NCBI RefSeq assembly: GCF_001194135.2
Contig: NC_068982.1
Span: forward strand, 96,434,022 to 96,498,021
Direction: 5' to 3'
DNA length: 64,000 nt
Source: Octopus bimaculoides
Taxonomy: Eukaryota
Under the pieces are notes generated by a model. It saw only the letters and a program-made list of their open reading frames with translations, was not told the origin of the DNA and searched no databases. Of the stretch, positions 13,721-23,830 are shown piece by piece. The stretch's first letter is position 1, and each line of letters starts with the position of its first letter. The position numbers were made by a program, and so were the translations under genes.

Positions 13721-14103
13721 TGTTGTTATGTTGTTGGCACTCCGTCGCTTACGACATCGAGGGTTCCAGTTGATCTGATCAACGGAACAGCCTGCTCATG
13801 AAATTAACGTGCGAGTGACTGAGCGCTCCACAGACACGTGTACTCTTAACGTAGTTCTCGGGGATAGTCAGCGTGACAAGGCTGACCCTTTGAATTACAG
13901 GCACAACAGAAACAGGAAGTAAGAGTGAGAGAAAGTTGTGGTGAAAGAGTACAGCAGGGTTCGCCACCATCCCCTGCCGGAGCCTTGTGGAGCTTTAGGT
14001 GTCTTCGCTCAATAAACACTCACAACGCCCGGTCTGGGAATCGAAACTGCGATCCTATGACCGCGAGTCCGCTGCCCTAACCACTGGGCCATTACGCCTC
14101 TAC
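13721..14103 (-). mobile_element. Young tRNA-derived SINE, family D, full length with 14-bp TSD
   Basis: A box tggcccagtgg, B-box-like gtttcgattcc, (aac)n tail; TSD tggtgattttgata at 13707-13720 and 14104-14117. Confidence 0.9.
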
Positions 14104-14634
14104 TGGTGATTTTGATAAAGCATTGAAAAATCACTTAACTTTACAACTACATATAGGATATTTCAATGTCTGCCTAGAAAGTACTTAAGGCAGTTCCTCT
14201 GCCATAATGGTTAACACATATCACTATCCTTGGATATTAGAAAAGCTAACAGAAACTGAAATAGCACAATGTAATTTGTAGGACGTAGAGTAGTATTACT
14301 TTGAAGATAAATGATAGTTCACATTTACAGTGAAGATGGTGTGCACATCATTATTTATAATTTTACCTTATTTAATTTTGTCACTTCTCTACACATGCAC
14401 TACTACATATGTTGCATGTTACAATACACTCTTCTATTACCAGCTTACCACAACACTATTCCAATAACGCATACATTTTAGCTCAGTGCACTGCATACCA
14501 ATATATGAACCAATGAGAAAGCTTCTATGTGGTCGTTTGATCTGCTAGAAATAGTAGCCAAATCTCAACTCAGAGTTTTATCATGGCTACCGAATAAGTG
14601 TCGCATATTTTTACAGATAAATTCTTCTATTTAC

Positions 14635-14636
<2 letters not shown>

Positions 14637-14706
<70 letters not shown>
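14637..14706. repeat. (TA)n microsatellite
   Basis: Directly visible. Confidence 0.95.
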
Positions 14707-14711
<5 letters not shown>

Positions 14712-14850
14712 CCACTACACTCTTGGAGTGGTTGGCGTTAGGAAGGGCATCCAGCTGTAGAAACTGTGCCAAATCAGATTGGAGCCTGGTGTAGCCATCT
14801 GGTTTCACCAGTCCTCAGTCAAATCGTCCAACCCATGCTAGCATGGGGTG
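14707..14850 (+). mobile_element. RTE 3' UTR fragment (family A)
   Basis: gcacccactacactc...aacccatgctagcatgg. Confidence 0.8.
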
Positions 14851-14874
14851 GACGGAGTAAGCACATAAATGTGC

Positions 14875-15037
14875 AACAAGGTGGAAGAAAGAGTACTCAA
14901 ATACCAGAGGTAGAGTAATATGCTTTATTTAAAAGCAGCAGAAATATAACAAAAAACTGTTATTCGGAGTTTCACGTTCCCGTTCATCGGACGGTTGTCC
15001 GATGAATGGGAACATGAAACTCCAAGTAACAGTTTTT
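14875..15037. mobile_element. Penelope-like terminal fragment with a 41-bp fold-back; each arm carries an HHR-like motif
   Basis: Arms 14952-14992 and 14997-15037 (4 mismatches); minus-strand AATAAAGC in the flank; flank related to 30480-30650. Confidence 0.6.
14995..15032 (+). ncRNA. Hammerhead ribozyme-like motif (U4C variant), type I topology
   Basis: ttgt-CCGATGA-atg(ggaa)cat-GAAA-ctccaa-GTA-acag; stems I and II pair; mirror copy on the minus strand at about 14957-14995. Confidence 0.5.
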
Positions 15038-15059
15038 TATATATTTATATAGACATATA

Positions 15060-15150
15060 TACCATAAATCCTCGAGTATAATCCGCACTTTTTCCCCCAA
15101 AATTTAAAGGTCAAAATTTCTAGTGCGTACTATATACGAGGTTAAAAATG
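15060..15150 (+). mobile_element. pogo/Tigger-type MITE end
   Basis: ta-ccataaatcctcgagtataatccgcac TIR-like start with internal inverted gtgcgtactatatacgagg. Confidence 0.5.
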
Positions 15151-16644
15151 AAAAATATTTTCTAAGCAAAATTTGGTAAATATGTAAAGTGGTAAATATG
15201 TAAAGGCAATTTACTTAATATTTATTTTTCACTGACGTTATTACTATTATTTCTTTATTTTCTGCAAACAAAGTGCACAAAAAAGCTACATGTTTGCATT
15301 ATGTTATATATACAATAATAATAAAGGAAGCTTTATTATATATATATATAATACAAATAATACAATAATAATAATAAAGTACCATACTTAAGTTCCATAT
15401 TTACCTTGAATCTAAATATATATACATCTATATTAATATATATATCTATATGAGGTTATGACATCTAGCATACAGATTATATAATTTATTCACCCAGCCA
15501 ATGTGAGTATTTACCTACAGATGTTCTAGCTGGGTTTCAGCTCCATTGATCTCACTTTTCTGAGTGAGCTTTTACAGATGATGACCATTTGCCTCTCCTT
15601 TCTAAACTAAACAATGATAAACCAAAGCAGTAGCACATTTACATTTTGACAATTTCCTATCATTATTGGTTGATTCTTTGTGTCATTGCTATGATAAAAC
15701 AAAAAGGTTAAGGTGACTCGAGGTTATAACATTAATGCAGTCACGACTATGTTATTAAGAAGTTTGCTTCACATCCACATGATTTCGGATCTCATCCCAC
15801 TTCATGATATTTTGAGTGTCTTCTTAAACTTTGTACTGGAATTAATAAATGGAGACTATGTACCTTTGTGTATCTACCTTCATGTCTATTTTACATTGAC
15901 ATTGTTTGAAAGACTGCTTTTCGTTAACTTGGTGGTTTGGTGAATAAGATAAATGCTGGAGTTATTATCAACTGAAACCTAGATCATGGCTCTGCCTTAC
16001 AAGGTTGTGACCCAATTGCACTTCATTCTAGAGACTGAAAGAAGTAAAAGAATAAAAGGGAGAGAGAGGGAGTGTGTGTGTACTTAAACACACATGTATG
16101 CATGGCTGTGAAGAACAAAACTTGGAGTAAAGCCGCCACCTTTGAATGAATAAGTGAACTTGAAGTAATTTGTAAATTGAAATGCGCATACACATGTATT
16201 TGTGTGTGTGTGTGTGATTGTGTGTGTGTGTGTGTGTGGAAATATACACACTCCTTTATGTATAAAATGCATTTCAAGCTAGTATTTCCATTTATTATAG
16301 GTGAGACATTACAAATTAAAATATCTATTCAAAGAAGCAGAGGTAGTTAAAGGAAATATTCAGGTTCCTGTATGGATAGTACAAACTGTCAGTGCACTGG
16401 TATTATAAAGGTAATATTACAAGTTTCAGTCAATTCCATGTAGTTTCTGAGTTACATATTATACTGGCCTACTTTTCAGAATGTTTGAGCACCTATGTCA
16501 TAACAATGTTTTTCCATGACAGGAGTGGCTATAATTATTTGAGGTGGTTTCCAGGGAATTCAGTACTCAACCTTAAATTTCTGAAGTTACATTGGATATG
16601 AAGAGATTTGTTCTAGTAAGAAATTTCAGGTTGTTTAGTTAGAC

Positions 16645-16987
16645 CAGAGGTTCCTAAAGTGGGCAGTACTTCCCTGTCCCCCCCCCCCCNNNNNNNNNNN
16701 NNNNNNATCGTGGGCAGCAGAAAGATCAAGAGAGGCATTGATTGAAGGAAAGTGGGGCAATAAAAGGGTGGCCAAAAGGAGGTGAGGAATGTAACCCCCA
16801 CTACACTACCCCTCCCCTGCCCACAAAATAATGGGTTAATTAGGTTAAGTTTTATTTGTGAAATACTGTTGTTTGGATTTGCTGCAGAAAGCGGTCTACA
16901 TTTGTGGTGCTGAGTGAGGGGCAGGGCACTAGGAATGTGGCTCGAGTGTCAAAGGGGCAGCAGCCTGAAAAAGTGTGGGAACCACTG
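16645..16987. mobile_element. hAT (Charlie-like) MITE containing an assembly gap
   Basis: TIRs cagaggttcctaaagt / agtgtgggaaccactg; 8-bp TSD agttagac / gtttagac. Confidence 0.75.
16690..16706. other. Assembly gap (N)
   Basis: Ns. Confidence 1.
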
Positions 16988-17138
16988 GTTTAGACTATTC
17001 AGGTAGTTGACTAAGTGTTAAGTACAGCCTACAGAGCCATCTTATCACCTTTATGTGCATTCCAACAGTGATTGGAGGCAGTGAGACCATAGATGTTGCA
17101 ACTATTGCAGTGAGTCTATAGACATATCTATGTGTCTC

Positions 17139-17170
17139 ACATAAGATATGTCTATAGACATATCTTATGT
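17139..17170. repeat. Perfect 32-bp palindrome
   Basis: acataagatatgtcta|tagacatatcttatgt. Confidence 0.95.
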
Positions 17171-18779
17171 ATGTCTCAGCTGAATGGAGAGAGAATGTTT
17201 TTCGGATGTTGTACTTGCTGTACTACCTGAGTGTGGACTATTATCATTGAAGCTTGTTACAGAAACAAACTGTGCCTCTTGCATCTCCAGATGGTCTTTT
17301 GTATTTAGCATTTATGTTTTGTTGTATAGATGGTCTTTGAGTGTTATCTGTGTATAACCTGTTATGATGTGTAATATGCTTGTTTGTGTTCTTCATTGTT
17401 CAGTGTGGAGAGGCAGGACTGGCATAGTCCACAACGGATCTTATTGTTTGTATACCATTATTGTTTTTTTCTGTTGGATAAATATGGTGACTGTCATTGC
17501 TGTGTGTTTGTGTCTCATTTTCCTTTCTTGACTGTCTTATAAACTCACTTAAGCCAGAAAATTATGACAGACTAGAAAAAGATATATAATACCCTTTTAG
17601 CATAGTTTAATGAAATGAAAAGAAAAATATCCAAACAGTTGATTTTCTTTTTTTTTTTTTCTGTTAAATGATATGGTTACTTCTATGAATTAAAAAAAAT
17701 TAACTGTTGGTAGATTTTGAAAATGAATTGTATCTTTAAACATTGGTGATTCTTTGAAAACTAACTTTAATATTTTATCTCTCTCAATCTGATAATATTT
17801 ACATTGAAATATATATAATGCCATAAAGTTTCTGAATAGGCTCCACAAGAACATAAAAGTGATTCTATACAAATGACATATGTTGTGTCTTGGAGTTGTA
17901 TGCAAATCTTGGTATTTTTTCTCTGTGTGTTTATGTGTAAATATATTTATGTTGTTGAGTCTGAAGGTTGGTCGCATTTGATGTTCTTTAGTGTTGCTCA
18001 TCAGAAGAAACAGTGGATTTGGTATGAGTTTATGTCTGTTGTTGAGAAACTAAGTTTCTAGAATGCTTTTATTAGGGTTGAAGTAGTTATACAGAAGTGT
18101 CTGGAGAATTGTTGAAGGATGTGACATCACATGCATATGAGGCTGTTTTGTGGTGTGTAGCTACCAATTGAAAAGAGTGGGTGTGGAATGGATCCTTATG
18201 ATACTACATTTGGAAGATTTCAAAAATTAGAATTTATTGTGACCTAGCTATGCAGCATGTCATTGCTAAACCTGCAAGAAATTGCAACCAAATCTACCCA
18301 GTTATTTTCCTATCTTTGTTTCATAATGGGACGATAAATATAGTGTACCTATGATTGATTCTATTATCCAGTGTAGCCCACCATTTTTTAAAGATTTGAG
18401 ATGTGACTTGGGAGAGATTTTGCTGATATTTCAAACAGGTTACTACAGAGAGGTTGCCTCTTGGTTGTTTATTAAGGGTCCCTAAATTTAATATTTTTAA
18501 GCTAAATGTGAATATTAGGGTTTAGAATAACAAATGTTGTTTTAATGTTATTCTAATATAAAAATAATGCATATAGTCTGAAGGAATCTAACCCATAGGA
18601 CTTGACCAAACACTGGACTAGGTATATGTGTAGGTAGGTGCATATGTATGTATGTATTAATAAACACAAAAAGTACAGAACTGAAAACAGAAAGTTGATT
18701 TCATACAAATGTTTCAAAAACGAAATGTTAAAATCTGTGAAGACTATAAATAAAAACAGTAACTATGGATAAATACAAC

Positions 18780-19240
18780 CTAGCCAATAATGATTTCAAA
18801 GTTTGACACAAGGCCAGCAATTTTGGGAAAAGGGGATTAGTTGATTACATCGACCCTAGTATTCAACTGGAATGTATTTTATTTTATTGAACCTTGAGGG
18901 ATGAAAGGCAAAGTCAACCTCGGTGGGAATACCACTAAGCATTTTATCTGATGCTCTAATGATTTTTATATGAAAGACATATAAAACAACATTGCTTTTA
19001 TTACTGAGATGCTCATTTACAATCATCACATGATATCAAGACAAGGGTAGACACAAACATACACACACATACTCCTGTGTGTGTGTAGACACAGACAGAC
19101 AGACAGATAGATAATATGATGGGCTTCTTTCAGTTTCTGTCTTACTTATCCAGTTACAAAGCTTTGGTCAGCCCAGTGCTTATGCTCTAGTAGAAGACAC
19201 TTCCCCAAGGTGCTGCACTGAGGGATTGAACCCATTTTAT
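18780..19240 (-). mobile_element. Family C SINE (about 18780-18965) and family B SINE (about 19030-19240)
   Basis: Reverse complements of the family C and B patterns. Confidence 0.65.
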
Positions 19241-19716
19241 TTCTTCCCATGCTGGCCGGATTTGGGGAGTTCATCAGTGAGTTAATTCTTATTTAGAGTT
19301 ATCATTCTCCTAGATGGTTAATGAAGGATGTTTATTTTTGGCATTTTTCTCTGGCTGGATGTCCTTCTAAACATCAGCCACTTAACAGAGAGTACTGGAT
19401 GCATTTTATCATGGCACCTGCACTAGAGAAGTTAGCATGTCTATGACAGGACTGAAGTGTCCTCTTGACTTTTTCTTTTTCTGTTCTTTTATCAATCACT
19501 TTGTTGTGTGTACTCAATGCTTTTAGTTGTGGTAAGTCAGTAGCTTCAAGAAAAACGTCTACAAATGGAATTTTTGAGAGTTGACATTCTTTTGAGAAAT
19601 GAGTGGGCATAGTGACAAAAGGAGTAGAAAAAGTGAGTTTTGGAAGTGGCCAAAACCCAACCACCTTCAAGAAATTGTGTTAGTGATGGACACAGCAGAG
19701 TGTATGTGTGTATATA

Positions 19717-19946
19717 CAGGGTTGGCCAAAAGTCACCCGACAGTAAATCAAAATACTGTAAATACTATCTGTAATTCTATATTGACTCGACTGGGAAAAT
19801 GTGTTGCTCAAGAAGGACTTCTGTTTGAACAGTTTTCATGTTTCATATTTAGATGCTTTTATTAAATTCATTCAGTTGTTTGACATAAATAAATCTTGGA
19901 ATTAAATGGTTTTGATTTATTATCAGGTGACTTTTGGCCAAATCTG
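19717..19946. mobile_element. Tc1/mariner-type MITE
   Basis: TA TSD; TIRs cagggttggccaaaagtcacccga / tcaggtgacttttggccaaatctg. Confidence 0.85.
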
Positions 19947-20218
19947 TATGTATATGTGTGTGTGTGTGTGTGTATGTACATGTAGTATATTTTTTTTTAC
20001 ATACATTGACAAATGAACAGAGTAGGATAAGGAAGAATTTGTGTATTTCAATTTATGCCATGTATTTTGTTTGTGTGTGTGTGTGTCTATGTATAATATA
20101 TATTTATTCTTTCTGAGGGATTTTCTTTTTTAGTTCCTGTCCTATATTTGGCAGTGGCTACTAGTATTCATGTGCGTGTATACACACATGAACACACAAG
20201 CACATATATATACATATA

Positions 20219-20272
<54 letters not shown>

Positions 20273-20669
20273 CTGTGTTTTTGTTTGTCCATGTGTGGTA
20301 TATATACGCACATAAGCACATGTGTATTTTTATTTGTATGTTTGAGAAGAAATACATGCAATTTTGTGCATCCCAATTTACAGGATAAGTGAAACCAGTA
20401 TTTAGTATTGTTTTAATGACAGCTAATGCACTATATAGGGCAAACAATGCTTCAGGATATATTTTGTATTAGGAGTATTGTATTACTACAAAGACAAGAA
20501 ACTGGTGTAATATCAAATAACAACTTTTATGACATTTGTAAAGAAACATATAAATAGTGTGTATATATACAAACACACATGCATATACATCTGATGCATA
20601 TATGTCTGTGTGTGTGTGTACATATATATATATATATATATATGTTATTATTATTATTATTATTATTGT

Positions 20670-21280
20670 AAGGTGGCAAGTTGGCAGAACTGATGGAATA
20701 AGTACCAGTTGAGCATTGGGGTTGATGTAATCAACTAACCCCTCTTCTCCACAAATTTCAGGCCTTGTGCCTATAATAGAATGGATTATTATTGTAACCA
20801 TTATTATTATTCAGGCAGTAAGCTGGCTGAATCGTTAGCACATTGGACAAATGCTTAGCAGCATTTCATCTGACGCTTTGTGTTCTGAGTTCAACTTCTA
20901 CCAAGGTCAACTTTGTCTTTCATCTTTTTGGATGTTGTTAAAATGCAGTACTAGTTAATTACTGAGGTCGATGTAATCAACTAACCCCTTTCCCTTAAAA
21001 ATGCTGGCTTTGTGCCAAAATTTGTGAAAGTGTGAGTCCAAGTTGCTAGGGTGTTGCACTCACAATTGTAACATTGTGGTTTCAATTTCTGATTCAAATG
21101 GTTTGTTGTGTTCTTGAGCAAAATACTTCATTTCACATTCCTCCAGCCCACCCAGCTGTAAATCATTAGCCCTGAAATGGGCTGGTGTCCTGTCCAGGGG
21201 GAGTGTTATGATCTCACCTCAGTCACTTATATGCCACAGAAACTGAGTAACTGGCCTATATCTGTTTTAAGACTCAATGA
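20670..21280 (+). mobile_element. Two tandem family C SINEs, then a family E SINE (tRNA head, CORE/V-like body, about 21040-21280)
   Basis: (ATT)n-separated family C copies; ttgtgttcttgagcaaaatacttcatttcacattcctccag body. Confidence 0.65.
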
Positions 21281-21489
21281 TAATAATACCAAAATTTTAA
21301 ACAATTATTGTTGTTGTTGTTATTATTATTATTAGTAGTAGTAGTATTAAGGCGACGAGCTGGCAGAATCATTAGCAAGCTGGACAGAATGCTTCGTGGT
21401 ATTTTGTCTGCCACTACATTCTGAGTTCAAATTCCACCAAGGTCGATGATATGCAACCAGTGTAGCACTGCTCCTTTAATGTTTGTTTT

Positions 21490-21900
21490 AGCCTGCACAT
21501 GTTGTTTAAGAGTTATGATGACAGTTTTGAACCTTTTCTTTTCTATTTGGTACTTCGTGTCAAGATATGCCATTGCACATTCTTTTCCATTGTCCTTTTG
21601 ACCACTCTTCGATGCGATTCACATCTTTACGCAAAGTTAGAATATTGCCTTCAATTCTCCGCTTCCACCATGGCTCCTTCTGTCCATCTACTTTCCTCTC
21701 TTTCTTTCCAACCAGTTCACCTACTAAAATTGAAGCGGATCTGATCAAGTCCCTTGTTTCTGTTAGATCTTTTGTCAGAATGTGTTTCAGAATCTCATCA
21801 ACTTTTGGGGTCATGCGTTTCACGTTGTTATGGTCAAAGCTTCTTAAATTCACCAGCCTAGTCTCTGTTCTTGTAATTCTTATATCCTTGAGTCTTTTCC
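21490..21900 (-). pseudogene. R4/Dong-clade LINE ORF fragment
   Basis: DLIRSASILVGELVGKK...EPWWKRRIEGNILTLRKDVNRI; after a frameshift KYQIEKK..KTVI..LKQHVQAK. Confidence 0.6.
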
Positions 21901-21927
21901 TGAGGATATATTATTATTATTATTGTT

Positions 21928-22725
21928 AAGGTCATGAGTTGACAGAATCGTTAGTCCATTGATCAAAAATGTTTAGCAGCATTTCTTCCAAATTTCTACA
22001 TTCTGGAAATATGCTGTGCGTAAGAAGACCCGGCAAGCCAAGTGAGACCTAAATCGAAGGCCTCAGGCAGCCCACTTATACGTACCTTCCTCCATTGGAC
22101 ACTAAACTTCGCTTGCGAAGACCTGTTGAGGCAAGTGAAATCGAAATCGAATTAAATTCGACGACTGGCACCCATGCCAACGTCGTCTCCTTCATTGGAA
22201 ACGAACTCGGCTTGCGAAGACCTATTGGGGCAAGCGAAAGCAAAACCGTCAATGGCACCTGTGCCCAGCATCGCCTTTCTGGAACTTGTGCTGGATGGCA
22301 CGTGTAAAGACATTCGAGCGAGATCGTTGCCAGTGCCGCTGAACTGGCTCCTGTGCAGGTGGCACGTAAAATACACCATTTTGAGCGTGGCCGTTGCCAG
22401 TACTGCCTGACTGGCCTTTGTGCCGGTGGCACGTAAAAGCACCCACTACACTCTCGGAGTGGTTGGCGTTAGGAAGGGCATCCAGCTGTAGAAACTCTGC
22501 CAAATCAGATTGGAGCCTGGTGTAGCCATCTGGTTTCACCAGTCCTCAGTCAAATCGTCCAACCCATGCTAGCATGGAAAGCGGACGTTAAACGATGATG
22601 ATGATGATGATGAGCTCAAATTCCACTGAGTTCAACATTGCCTTTCATCCTTTCAGGATCAATGTAGTCAACTTTCCTACTCTTCTGAAAATTGCTGACC
22701 TTGTGCCAAAATTAGAAGGAATTAT
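21928..22725 (+). mobile_element. Family C SINE split by the RTE insertion at 22006-22613
   Basis: Left half ends ...tacattctg; right half resumes a-gctcaaattccactgag, restoring the family motif ttctgagttcaaattcc. Confidence 0.75.
22006..22613 (+). mobile_element. RTE LINE 3' end: last ORF2 codons plus long 3' UTR with internal tandem units and (GAT)n tail
   Basis: tatgctgtgcgtaagaagacccggcaagccaagtga = YAVRKKTRQAK*; GC/CpG-rich and little decayed. Confidence 0.8.
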
Positions 22726-22744
22726 TGTAACACAATACTATAAC

Positions 22745-22882
22745 CTCATAATAGCCAAATTACTTGTTGGTTTTGTACCAGAAGCTGAGAACCAACCCCA
22801 GCAGTTATCAGAAACCTGATGATTGCCAGGGTTGGCTCTCAACTACTGATATGAAATTAATTAGTAATTTGGCTATTATGAG
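22745..22882. repeat. Fold-back element with HHR-like arms
   Basis: Perfect 20-bp outer arms ctcataatagccaaattact / agtaatttggctattatgag; + arm has CTGATGA (22816), GAAA (22853), GTA (22864). Confidence 0.6.
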
Positions 22883-23539
22883 ACTATAATATTATTGAAT
22901 TTTATTAATAATAACTAACTACATTCAATTAACTAATTCATGACTGCCTGTTTTTGTTGACTCGTGGCTTTTTAGACAACTAACACGCACGCACACACAC
23001 ACACACACAAGATCTTTTTTTTTTTTTACACTCAGTTTTTCCATTTTTGTATGGGTGAAACTAAACCTTATTGAAGCAGATTTTCTTTGGCTGGATGCTC
23101 TTCCTGTTGCCAACTCACTTAAGCAAGGTTGTATTTTTTCATTCCACTAGCTGTTACTTGTCTGCTGAAGTAAAGAGCATTTGTTCACTGGAGAAAGTAA
23201 ATGGTGCCACACTTTTACTCAGATACTTCCAATGTTGACACACTTGAATTCATACACACACATGCGTATACAGCAGACTTTCTCAATGATTCTGTCTTCC
23301 AGTTTCACTCAGTAGAGATTGTTTGGTCGAAGGCTATAGTAGAAAATACAGTTCATAGTGTCATTCAGTGGAGTCAGCTCTATAACCTTGTGACTACAAG
23401 GCTCAGTTTGTAACTGTACAGCCATGCTTTTGTGTGTGTGTATGTGTGTGCGTGTGCTTCAAGTGATTACAACTCAAATGCATTTCACAGCACTGTACCA
23501 AGAATCTGTTTCCCATTAGCTTTTATAGTCTCTCAGTTT

Positions 23540-23830
23540 CATTGTGCATGTCTCTCCCAATAACACCAATGTAAGTGAGTGGTTCTTGTCCTCTGTTAGA
23601 GTGCAGAAATCTCCAAAATACATTTCATCTGTCCTGTTGTTCAGCATGATAATACTGGCTTGCAAAACCTTCCCTGTGTGATGAGTGAAATATGTCCATA
23701 AATTTCTCTTTGGTATTGTGTTCTTACTATGAGTTGTTTAAAGACCTCTTGAGAAGCCTAATATATTTACTGTCAAGATATTCTTGAAGCACTTTGTTCA
23801 TAGTCCAGGTTTTGGCTCCATAGAGAAGAA
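23540..23830 (-). pseudogene. RTE (RTE-X-like) ORF2 fragment
   Basis: ILLYGAKTWTMNKVLQEYLDSKYIRLLKRSLN resembles LLYGAETWT....EKRLDG.YTRLLR. Confidence 0.65.

Noticed and set aside
22076-22539. Overlapping ORFs and the recurring peptide MKPDGYTRLQSDLAEF (also 14611, 41895, 46655)
   Set aside because: Antisense or off-frame readings of the GC-rich RTE 3' UTR; recurrence reflects repeat copies, not a gene family.
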